From Candidatus Gottesmanbacteria bacterium GW2011_GWC1_43_10 (lineage in GTDB: Bacteria; Patescibacteriota; Microgenomatia; UBA10105): a stretch of 54,736 bases of DNA. The stretch covers positions 1 to 54,736 of the forward strand of contig LCEX01000016.1 in assembly GCA_000995415.1 (NCBI GenBank), in the 5' to 3' direction. Both the position numbers and the translations under genes were made by a program. Shown piece by piece: positions 8,622 through 19,100 of this stretch (the first letter of the stretch is position 1; every line of letters starts with the position of its first letter). Under the pieces are notes generated by a model that worked only from the letters and a program-made list of their open reading frames with translations, was not told where the DNA came from and ran no database searches.

Positions 8622-9641
8622 ATGCACCAGCATATAACCGGTTTTTATCTAGCTTTGTTTGCTATAGTCGGGATAGTAGTGGGGGCGGTGGTTTTGACCA
8701 ATGCGACTATTCTTTATTCCCTCAAAGCCAAAGGAACAACCAAAACTAACCAGCCGACCGCTTCATCATCCATAGCCCAAATTCCCGCCGCATCGACCAA
8801 TCCGGGTACAGGGACGGCGCAGATCCCGCCCGCAGTCACTGGTAGATACGTAGGGATCATGGGAGCTATGCCGGAAGATTTTGCCGTGATCAAATCCTGG
8901 GGAGCCAATACAGTCGAATATCACGGGGTAAAATCAGCGGCAAATCTGGCGTCAGTTTTTGCTTCAGCCAAGACCGAGGGCTTAAAATTATTTATCAAAG
9001 GCCCGGGTAAGGAAGAAATCCAAGGTCAAGGTTTTGGTCTCGATCTTGATCAAGTGGCCAGTGTCACCAGAAACTATTTTACCGGCAACACTGTAGCGGG
9101 CGATCCGGATTTTATCGGTTTTTGGATAGTGGATGAGCCGTGTCATGCCAACAAATGGGACTTAAGCGGGCAGGATCTGAAAAATCTTTATTCCACTATT
9201 AAACAGGTAAATTCCGGAATTCCGGTTCTGATCAACTTCGGGACGCTGGAATGTTTCCAGCAAATCATTGCCACCGCCCAACCGGGTTGGAAACTGGTTG
9301 ATGTGGCGATGTTTACAGTGACTGTAAAAAAAACCGGATCCCGTCGGGGTAATTACATCACCGATCAGGCGGCAATTGCCAGAACTATCAAAGCTTTTGA
9401 TCCGGCTATCATCGTATTGCCTAACCTCGCGGTGCTTGAATTTATAGACCACAACGCGCCGATTCCGGATACGGAGTGGGTAAAAAGCAACGGGTTAGCG
9501 ACTTTAGGCCAGTCCAGTTTTGACGGTGTGATGTACTATTCCTTCCGGCCTCTGGCTCCCTGGATGGGGCAGACGATCATCAATGTCAAAGATGATCCGG
9601 CTTACCAGTCAGCCTTCAAAACGGTTTTTGCTGCGAAGTAG
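8622..9641 (+). CDS. Membrane-anchored/secreted glycoside-hydrolase-like TIM barrel protein
   Basis: N-terminal TM, Thr/Pro/Ala linker, IKSWGANTV and FWIVDEP (clan GH-A-like); start ATG 8622 preferred to 8508. Confidence 0.6.
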   Translation: MHQHITGFYLALFAIVGIVVGAVVLTNATILYSLKAKGTTKTNQPTASSSIAQIPAASTNPGTGTAQIPPAVTGRYVGIMGAMPEDFAVIKSWGANTVEYHGVKSAANLASVFASAKTEGLKLFIKGPGKEEIQGQGFGLDLDQVASVTRNYFTGNTVAGDPDFIGFWIVDEPCHANKWDLSGQDLKNLYSTIKQVNSGIPVLINFGTLECFQQIIATAQPGWKLVDVAMFTVTVKKTGSRRGNYITDQAAIARTIKAFDPAIIVLPNLAVLEFIDHNAPIPDTEWVKSNGLATLGQSSFDGVMYYSFRPLAPWMGQTIINVKDDPAYQSAFKTVFAAK

Positions 9642-9909
9642 TGGTTTGGTGTATTTATTTTTTTGTTAGTTTTCGTTATTTGCTAATTTTCTAAATTAAT
9701 TCTTTCACTTTATTGCTCCTGACTTTCTCAAATTAGTGTCCAATTTTTGATTATTTTGAGCACACCCTTTTCAGTTTGTGCGTAAACAACCAAAGTTTAA
9801 ATTAGTGTCCTCAAAACCGGCAGGCAGGGGCGGGCAGGCAAGAAATTAAACAAAGAAAAAACACCTCAACGGCAATTAGACCAAGAAAATTTATACAAAA
9901 ACGCTTCAA

Positions 9910-11997
9910 TTATAGTTCGGGGGAGGCGGGGGTTGGAGAAGCTAGTTTGGCAGCTCCCGTTGTCTCCTCTGGGATCTCCGGGGTCGCAGTCTGATCAAGT
10001 TTTAAAGGTGGAGTGATTTTTGGTCCGCTATTTGTCGGCTGTTGCAACACTTGTCCTGCGCTAGTTTCGGGAACTGCCGGAACTTTCTTGACTATTTCTT
10101 CTAGTTCTTTTTCGGCTTTTTTATAGTCTTCAGAATTGACCGGAACGATTTTGAGGACTGCCCGCATGGCATTGGCAGCCTGCGCAAAATCGCCTTTTTC
10201 ACGAAGAGCTGCAGCTAGATTGTAGTAACCATTGGCAAAGTCGCTCTTTAAGGCTACACTGATTTGGAATTGTTGGATGGCTTCATCATAGCGTTTGAGT
10301 GTAAAAAAGACGCCGCCTAGATTGACTCGCAACACTGGATTGGTCGGATCAAGCCGGACAGCTTGCTGGTAAGTTTGTAGTGTCCAGTTATCAGCGCCTT
10401 CCACCGCGTTTATTAAAGATCTATAGATGCCGGCCAAATTTTCCCAGTTGGTGGCAATTGCGGGTCCCACCGAAACCGCGATTTTGGCCTGGCGGATGGA
10501 TTCCTGGACCAATTGGGAAATAGTTGTTCGTGTTTGTTCATCAATCTTTTCTTTCTTTTGGCTGGCCAGGTTATTGGCAATGGCTAAATAAAGTTGTGAG
10601 GCGCTGACGTGATATCCATAGACATATGGATTGAGCTTCTGGATTTGGTCGGTTTTCTTAAGTGCCGTATCAGCTTGATTTTTACTAATGGCTACTAACG
10701 TTTGTTTATATAAAACTTCCGCCGCATATGCCCGACTACCGAAGTAGACACTTGGGACAATGATTAAAAGCGCAAAGCCTAGGAATAGCCAAGCCAAAAT
10801 AATTGATGACTCTTTAATCGTCCGGGTTTGAGGATGACGTGCGCCTAGCAAAGCCACACCCAAAAACAAGAAATACCAGGTGGCGATAGAAGCTGGCAAA
10901 AAGAGTTGTACTGCCAGTGCACCCAATGCTCCCAAGACAAAAGGTGTTACGGAATTAACTGACTTAAAAAGTTGTGTTAACCCCACGCGTAAGACCCGGA
11001 AGGCGAAGCTAATATAAAGTAGTAAGCCTACCAGTCCGGTTTCCGTCAGAATCTGGAAAAAAGTATTAGAGGAAATGGCAAAATTGACATTCCAATAAGG
11101 CGTCGAGTTAATAAACGCCGGCTTAATCTGAGTATAAGCAGCCAGAAAATTACCAGGTCCGACACCGAAAAGCGCGGTTTTGATAAGTTTGATGCCATCG
11201 ATTGCGATATACCAACCGGCCCAGTAAGGCAGGAGCGGCAAAGGTTGGGTGGTAGTAAATAGCTGGTAAGCAGCAAGACCAATGCCTACCAACAGAAACA
11301 AACTAGACAGAAGTAGCATAAATATTTCCGTATTTGTCTCTCCCGGTAAGGCTTCAGACTTCATCAAGGAATCTGGGGTGAGGGAAATTTCGGTTTCGCC
11401 AATTTTTTTGAGCGTGCGCATGATGAAAGGAGCACCAAGTATCAGCAGTAACGGAATAGCCACAGTCAAAAAGGTGAGCGCGTCAGGTACAACCAGCAGC
11501 TCATAAGTTCTGATAAATTTGGGCAAAACTATAAAATCCAGCGTTTCCAAGAGTACGAGTGAAGTCACCAAAGATAGAATAATTGCTCCCGCAGCCAGCG
11601 CCAAGCGCAGCTGTTTTGCAAGACCATGACTTACTTCGCCAAATTGGTTGACCACAAAAGTAAAGATAAAAAAGGTGACCAAAGTCCCCACTGATCCAGG
11701 AGTCAATAGGGGATAAACTTTGTTAGCTGAACCCACAAATAGAGCTACAACAGTGCCTATAGTAAACAAAAATAACGGTAGAGTAAAAGGTGTGACCACA
11801 AGAGTGACTTCTCTTTGACGCACTTGTTTGATCGCCCAGAGGAGTAGCATGATGGCAGTGATCACCACTAAAAGCGCGTATTTTGGTAAATTGAGAGGAT
11901 CCAAAGTCAACGGAAGATAAAACACCGGAATGAGGAAAGTAAGTACTAAAAGCAAGAGTTGGCTGAGTTTACTTAAGATGTGTGGTCGAGCAGTCAT
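9910..11997 (-). CDS. O-antigen-ligase-like polytopic membrane protein with C-terminal TPRs
   Basis: Many TMs, FGVGPGNF and ETGLVG motifs, TPR repeats, Pro/Thr tail. Confidence 0.8.
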   Translation of the reverse strand: MTARPHILSKLSQLLLLVLTFLIPVFYLPLTLDPLNLPKYALLVVITAIMLLLWAIKQVRQREVTLVVTPFTLPLFLFTIGTVVALFVGSANKVYPLLTPGSVGTLVTFFIFTFVVNQFGEVSHGLAKQLRLALAAGAIILSLVTSLVLLETLDFIVLPKFIRTYELLVVPDALTFLTVAIPLLLILGAPFIMRTLKKIGETEISLTPDSLMKSEALPGETNTEIFMLLLSSLFLLVGIGLAAYQLFTTTQPLPLLPYWAGWYIAIDGIKLIKTALFGVGPGNFLAAYTQIKPAFINSTPYWNVNFAISSNTFFQILTETGLVGLLLYISFAFRVLRVGLTQLFKSVNSVTPFVLGALGALAVQLFLPASIATWYFLFLGVALLGARHPQTRTIKESSIILAWLFLGFALLIIVPSVYFGSRAYAAEVLYKQTLVAISKNQADTALKKTDQIQKLNPYVYGYHVSASQLYLAIANNLASQKKEKIDEQTRTTISQLVQESIRQAKIAVSVGPAIATNWENLAGIYRSLINAVEGADNWTLQTYQQAVRLDPTNPVLRVNLGGVFFTLKRYDEAIQQFQISVALKSDFANGYYNLAAALREKGDFAQAANAMRAVLKIVPVNSEDYKKAEKELEEIVKKVPAVPETSAGQVLQQPTNSGPKITPPLKLDQTATPEIPEETTGAAKLASPTPASPEL

Positions 11998-12005
11998 AAT
12001 GGGCC

Positions 12006-12698
12006 TTAATTATATATATGATGGACGCTTCTTTTGACTTTGGCTTCAAGTTCTTCCCGGGCTTCTTTTTCAAGCTTAAATACATTGGTGACTACCAATT
12101 CACTATTTTGTTGACGGATGAGCTTCTTATCCTGAAGTCTGGACATGAAACGGGTGACAGTTTCACGGCTGGCACCCAGCCAACTGGCAATTTCTTTATG
12201 TCCGAGTGGCAAGATGACTTCCCCTACCTTTTCGGATCTGATACCAAAATTTTGTACTAAATAGTTAAGTAAAGCAATAGTTTTGACATATTTATGTTCG
12301 TGAGCCAACTGGCTGATACGCAAAGACAAACCATTTAAGCCTTTGGCGAAGCGCGTTACCAAATCAAATAAAATATCTGGCTGGGATTTTATATATTCTA
12401 AAACTTTCTCCACAGATTCACTGTGCACTTCGACAGCCGTCTGCGTCTGCAAATAATATTCGCTGTGTTTATTGGTGAGAGCTAGCATTAGTGGAAAAAC
12501 AGCCGGAGCTTGAAAAATATGGATAGTAGATTCTTCTCCCTGGTTGTTGACTGCATACATCCGCACCCGACCACGCTTCAGTAAATACAAGACGAAAATT
12601 CTTTCATTCGGACGTAAGATGATTTCTTCTTTTTTGAGACGAAATGGCTTAGAGTCTGCAAAAAATTTCTCCAGTTTTTGGACAACAGTTTTTTCCAT
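12006..12698 (-). CDS. Crp/Fnr family transcriptional regulator
   Basis: cNMP-binding barrel (LKRGRVRMY) and HTH HKEIASWLGASRETVTR; start may be 12710. Confidence 0.92.
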   Translation of the reverse strand: MEKTVVQKLEKFFADSKPFRLKKEEIILRPNERIFVLYLLKRGRVRMYAVNNQGEESTIHIFQAPAVFPLMLALTNKHSEYYLQTQTAVEVHSESVEKVLEYIKSQPDILFDLVTRFAKGLNGLSLRISQLAHEHKYVKTIALLNYLVQNFGIRSEKVGEVILPLGHKEIASWLGASRETVTRFMSRLQDKKLIRQQNSELVVTNVFKLEKEAREELEAKVKRSVHHIYN

Positions 12699-12780
12699 AA
12701 GTCGATTCACTCATTTTAAACACAGATTATTTTAAAAAACAATAGCATAAAATGAGCAGATTTTTTGCTAGGTTCGATAT

Positions 12781-12796
12781 TGTGATGATCGTCACA
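12781..12796. promoter_or_regulatory. Perfect CRP consensus box
   Basis: TGTGA-tgatcg-TCACA between the divergent crp-like gene and the giant fibre gene. Confidence 0.8.
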
Positions 12797-12977
12797 ACAT
12801 ACTTGATACTCAGATCACTGACAAAACGAAATAGATAGTTCTTAATAGAGTAAGGAAAGAAAATATTTATTTGATTTGAAACAAAATTTTGCTATCCCAT
12901 TGATTGCCGATAAAATCGGCAGTCTGGTTGGGATGGGGAGGTGTTTGTGGAGTTATATCGTTACACCTGTTTTAGGG

Positions 12978-13093
12978 TGTCATTGCGAGCCCGCGAAGCG
13001 AGGCGCGGCAATCTTTTTGTCATCCTGAACTAGCTTCAGGATCTACTGAGATTGCTTCGTTGTCCCGATAGAATCGGGACTCCTCGCAATGAC
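12978..13093. repeat. Composite GTCATTGCGAG...CTCGCAATGAC palindromic element with nested hairpins
   Basis: Terminal inverted repeats; nested gtcatcctgaactagcttcaggatc and gtcccgatagaatcgggac. Confidence 0.85.
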
Positions 13094-13119
13094 GAATTAC
13101 ATAAGTTTTGGTAAGTGAT

Positions 13120-16100
13120 ATGCAAGAGTGCAGTCGAAAACTGAAAACGTCAATTACTGCCATTTTGTTTATGGTTTTCCTACTTCTGCCGAGGACGGCG
13201 CAAGCTTGGGAATTATCACTACCCAAACCCTGGTTCCCAACGCCCAAATTTTCTCTCCCCAAAATTACGCTTCCCCAATTTAGGCTGCCGCAGCTGTCTT
13301 TAAACTTTTTCAAGTGGTTTACCCTGAGCGGAGTCAAAAGGTTTACCCTGAGCGGAGTCGAAGGGTTTGTCCCGAATGAAGCTAAAAATCTGGAGGCTGA
13401 TAAAACCCCTGAAGAAACGGAAAAATTTAAACTCGTGGTCTTACAAGAACTAGCCAAACTTTACCAATATAAAAAAGACCAAGGCGAAAAGGTGCTAGCT
13501 GTCGATACGCAAGCCATCACAATCACCGAGTTCAACGCCGCCGACAGCAATCTGCTGCGAAATACCTCATTTGAAGCCGAAGTCAGTGACGTCCCCAGAC
13601 AATGGACTTATATGCTTGATTCTCACGCCGGAAATACTTTTACGACCGAAGAGGGGATCCATTCCGGATATTATGGTTTGAAATTTTTGGGCAGTGGCAA
13701 TGGTAATTTTGGTATTTCTCAACCGGATACTAAAACCGTACCTGAGCGAAATTATACATATTCTGCATATATAAAGGTATTAAATGCTCCTAAATTCACT
13801 GTGCGTCTGGGTTTTTGGGATGAACATTTAAACCGTTATGGCAAGCTCAAAGAATTTACTTTTTCCGGCACCAAAGATTGGGTCAGGATCAATATGTCAG
13901 CAGCTACCAATGGCATCATCACTGACAGCAAAAACTGGTATCCGATTTTTGAAGTGCACGGACTGACTTCCGGTACAGTGTATCTTGACGATCTGATGAT
14001 TGAAGAGGGAAGTGTCCTGACTACTTATGATAGTGGCCAAGCCAGCAACAACGGGATTATCTTGGGCTCCAACGGTTCAATTCTTTCCAATTATAACGGC
14101 AATATTTATCCGGCAGTTCCAAGTGTCGGCAGTTTGGGTACAGCAAATAATAAATGGTTGAGCTTAAATCTGGATAAAGGCAGCATTGATAAAGACGGCC
14201 ACCTGACTTTGGAAGGTGGTGCCAACATCAAGGGAAGTACGACTTTAGGAGATGCCACGAGCGATACGGTGAAAGTAAATGCCCGGTTTAACTCGGATCT
14301 GGTGCCGGATACGACCGGAACATATAGCTTGGGTTCGAGTTCGCTTTATTGGAGCAATATGTATGTGAATAACCTGTATACTAACTCCAGCGGCACTTCT
14401 GGATTTTGGCAAAGAAATTCCCAAGCGCTTTCGCCTACTACTATAAGTGATGATTTATTATTGGGTGCCACAGCCACTGCTTCTGCTTTAATAAAATTCA
14501 CCGGCACCTCTGGTAGCAATTCCTGGATCAATACCGGCAATGTGGGCATCGGAACGACTGCCCCAAGTGCCAAACTCGATGTTTCGGGAACACTCACAGT
14601 TACCGGTAGTAATTTGACTACCCTGGGCGGAAATCTGACCGTCACCGGCACAGCCTGGACAGCTACCCCAACTATTTCCGGATTAATTACCGCCACATCA
14701 GGTCTGACTGCCAATGGCGCTCTCACTGCCAATTCAACATTTACTTTGGGTGACGACGGCGACTTGGGAAGTATCAACACTTCAGTCTGGGATATAACGA
14801 CAGGCGGCGTAGCTTCAGGTCTAACAGGTATCACTTCATCAGGGACGATAAATTTCTCCGGCCTGACTGCTTCTTCAGGCGTTTACACCGATGCTTCCAA
14901 AAATCTGACCTCTACTCCCCCCACCTCAGGTACCGCCGGTTACTGGACGAGAACCGCCGGAAATTTGTATCCGGCAAATACCAATGACACTCTCTCTGCC
15001 ACCACCTCGGCCGCAGTTGCCCTGACCATCACCCAAACCGGAGTCTTTAACGCCCTCCTAGTCGAAGACGCCGCCTCCGACACTACCCCATTTGTGATTG
15101 ACCAAAGTGGGAATGTGGGTATCGGGACAACAGTACCGGACGCAGCATTGGAAATAAACCACGCGACCGGTGATTCTCTGCGACTCACCTACAACGACTC
15201 TGATGGTTCTGCCACCAACTACACTGATTTTTCCCTGGGATCGACTGGTGAACTTACTTTAACCGGTTCTGCTGCAACTCTGGGAGCAGGCGCATCGGCT
15301 GAAAAAACGTTTTTAACTTTAACTCCAGGAACTATTACTTTAACCGCCCCAACGCAAGTTACATCACTCATGGAAACTGTCGCAATAACTGGAGCTACCT
15401 TAGCTGCCGACAGCGCACTCACAGTTGACAAAGCTACCGCACTTTCCTTGTCTGCTCCGGTGGACTCAACCAATGTGACACTTACAGCATCGTCAGCCCT
15501 TCGTATACTAAATTCACCCTCTGGCGCTGGAACTTTATCAGGTCAAGCTGGCATCTATATAGATAGTTTATCGGCGGGAGTAGTAGATTATGGCATTTTT
15601 ATAACCGCAGCCGACTCATATGCTCTGTACGCCGCAGCCGATGATGTGGCCATCCTGGATGACCTTTTTGTTGGCGCCACAACTGAAACAATTACCCATG
15701 GTGACTTTTCGCTCGATGGAGATGACGCCTTCATCTCCGGAACACTTGGAGTCGAAAGCACGATTTACACCGATGGAGACGTAGACATTGCCGGAGGAGA
15801 CGTAACCACAGCCAATACTACCGCGACCTTGTTCAATTCCACCGCCACCACTTTATCCCTGGGCGGAGCGGCAACCACGTTAAATCTGGGAGCCACCACC
15901 GGTACTACTACCATTGCCAATGATTTGACCATCGGCAATGCTACCACCGACGCCATCACCTTTACCGGCCGGGTGGCTGTCGACTCTGACCTTCTCCCCA
16001 TCGGTACCACTGGCACCAATGACCTAGGTTCTTCTGCCCTGCCATGGGATAACGTCTACGCCGTAGCTTTCACTGAAAATGGCACTGCTCTTTCTGGAAC

Positions 16101-19100
16101 CTACGCTCCCATTAATGCCAACTTCGTCACCGTCACCGCCAATGCCACTCTCACCGGTGAAACCGGCATTGACGCCCTGACCACTGCCATTTCCACTACC
16201 TCTACCTTGAATGTAGATGATGCTTCTACTCTCAACGCCGTTACCATTGATGCCAATGCCAACCTTACCCTCTCCTCGGGTACCGGTCTATATTCTCAAA
16301 CGTTCACAGGTACCTCAACAGACGCCTTCACCATAACTGCCGCCTCCCTAACCTCCGGCTCTGGCCTAGTTCTTACCGGCCCTTCTTCCACCGGAATCAC
16401 CGATCACTTCGTCAAATTAACCTCCGACGTAGGCTCAGGTGCAGCTCTGATCTACGGCGCTCCAGACTTTTCAGGTGCTGGAGTTACGGGATATGGCCTC
16501 AATATTACCGGCACCGATGCCACTGCTGCTACTAATACCGACTACGGGGTGTATTCTTCTTTGGCTTTAACCGGTAACGCTGCCAAGACCGGAGTTGGCC
16601 TGTATTCCACCCTCTCCACCTCCTCAACTACAGCTGATACTTTAATAGGAGCTGATCTAATTACTTCCACATCAGGGATTATTACCACAGGTACCAGAAG
16701 TATTTACGGACTCAGATCCCAACCTGCCTCCACTGGTGCCTCTACCGGAGGAACTACCAATGTATATGGTGGCTACCTCAAACCAGGTGGAGTAGTCGGA
16801 ACCGACGGCACCATCAATTCATACGGATTATATGTGGCCAATGGCACCTTTGACACCACTGGCACTTCCACCAACATCGGTCTATATGTTGAATCCCCAA
16901 CTGGAGCTGATACCAACTACGCCGCCATATTCGCCGGAGGGAATGTAGGGATTGGGATCACTGCTCCCACCTCACCTCTCCACGTCGTAGCCACGACAGA
17001 CGTCGCCTCGGTTGGCAGCGACCTGGTTACCAATGGCGCATTTACTGGTAACGCCACTGGTTGGACCTTGGGTTTAGGTGGTGGCAATCCAGACTGGTAC
17101 TACAATTCAAATAATGTTTCCCATGCCGATGGTGGAGGAACTGCAACACTTGAACCCACAACTCCTTTAACTGTCACGGCAGGCTCTTCGTATCTCGTTG
17201 TCTACACTGTTAGTGGTTATTCAGCCGGAACGGTAACCGCTTCTATTGGTGGTACTAATGGGACGACAATTTCCTCCAATATCAGCTCCTATGCCCAAGT
17301 CTTGATTGCTACCAACACCACTAACCTCAAATTCACTCCTACAACTACTTTCGTGGGAACCATAGATACTGTTTCAGTAAAACTTATAACCGTTGCTCCG
17401 GCCACCATGACTATCGCCAATAGCGCTGGTACCACTTCACCAGTAGAACTACGCTCCGGAGGGAATGCTCTATACAATACTTTTATCGGTAGTGGAAGTG
17501 GACAACATGATACCACCGGAAATTATAACGCAGCGGTAGGCTATCAAGCCTTTTACTCCAATACATCAGGGAATAGCAATGCCGCTCTTGGCTACATGGC
17601 CCTAAAAAGTAACACCACCGGGGTCGAAAATAACGCTGTAGGAAAAGAGGCCCTCTCCAACAATACTACCGGCTTTGAAAACAGCGCAGTCGGGTTTCAA
17701 GCTCTATATTCCAACACCTCTGGATACGAAAATAACGCTATGGGCTACCGATCGCTCTACAACAACAGTATTGGATACTACAATAACGCAATAGGTAACT
17801 ATGCTCTCTTCTCCAACACTACTGGTTACAGTAACAGCGCATTAGGGTATACGGCTCTGTACTATACACAAACTGGCTCAGCAAATACTGCAGTCGGTCT
17901 AGAAGCTGGGTGGGGTTCTATCAATAGCTCTTTTAGTAATAACTCACTGTTTGGGTACAAAGCAGGTCGTAATCTCTCCACCGGATCCAACAATATTTTA
18001 TTGGGCTACCAAGCCGGAGATGCACTCACAACCGGTGCCAACAATATCGTCATCGGCTACGATATTGACGCCCCCGCTGCCACCAGTGCCAATATTTTGA
18101 ATATCGGTAATCTCATTTTTGGTACGGCTTTAGATGGTTCCGGCACGACAATTTCCACAGGCAACGTCGGTATTAAAGACTCATCACCTGATTACCTTCT
18201 CGAACTCTATGATGCCACCAATACTCCAGCCTTCGCTCTTTCGGATGATGACATAGGTCACGGAGTGACGACTATAGCTGAAACTGATGCTTTTTTCCAC
18301 CTATCATCCATATCTACCACAGATGGTGGCGCCCAAATTACCGGACTGGCTGATGCGACAGGAATCGCTCTGGGACTAAAAGGTGTCCAATCATCAAACC
18401 CCACCGACACGACTCCAGCAATTTCTTTAATCGGCACTAAAGCCAGTGGAACAGGTGTAGTTGATTTGCTTGCAGCCGAAACAGTTTTGCAAATTGCCAA
18501 TAATGACGATACTGCAGCGATCACTGTGTTGGGAGATGGCAAAGTGGGCCTGGGCGATGCCACTCCGAGTTATCAACTGGAGTTGTCCACTGATTCTGCC
18601 GGGAAGCCGACCAGTAATACTTGGACAATTGTTTCTGACCAAAGACTTAAAGAAAATATTGCTGCCTTTAGTGATGGACTGGCGGTTTTGAATAAAATCA
18701 ACCCCGTAAGTTATGAGCTTAATGGTAAAGCTGGTACTCCGGCTGGTGCTCCGGGAATAGGAGTCATTGCCCAAGATGTCAAAGATATCATTCCTTATAC
18801 CATTTCCACTTTCAAGGGTGACCTGGACGGAGTCGAAACCGAGCTGTATAGTTTCAATTCCTCAGCTTTAACTTTTGTGACTATCAATGCTGTCAAAGAA
18901 CTTAGCGCCAAAATCGATAGTCTTGGTAATGTGATTTCAACAAGTCAACTGGCAGCAAATGACACTATAGCCATGACTACTTTGGAGGCCAAGATTTCGG
19001 CTTTGGCTGACTCACTAAGTCTTACCCAACAGGATGTAGCCACAGCTTCGGCTACAATCACAGATCTTTTGAAGCGCATCGAAATTTTGGAAACACAAAG

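Noticed and set aside
9730-9810. 12-bp direct repeat aaattagtgtcc x2 in a convergent gap
   Set aside because: Only two copies in AT-rich DNA with no associated element; function cannot be supported
13020-13457. 145-aa minus-strand ORF with RHCEE segment
   Set aside because: Translation of the palindromic element plus antisense of the fibre gene
17480-18060. Diversity-generating retroelement TR/VR pair
   Set aside because: Repeats are 14-aa protein repeats differing at all bases; no reverse transcriptase in the window
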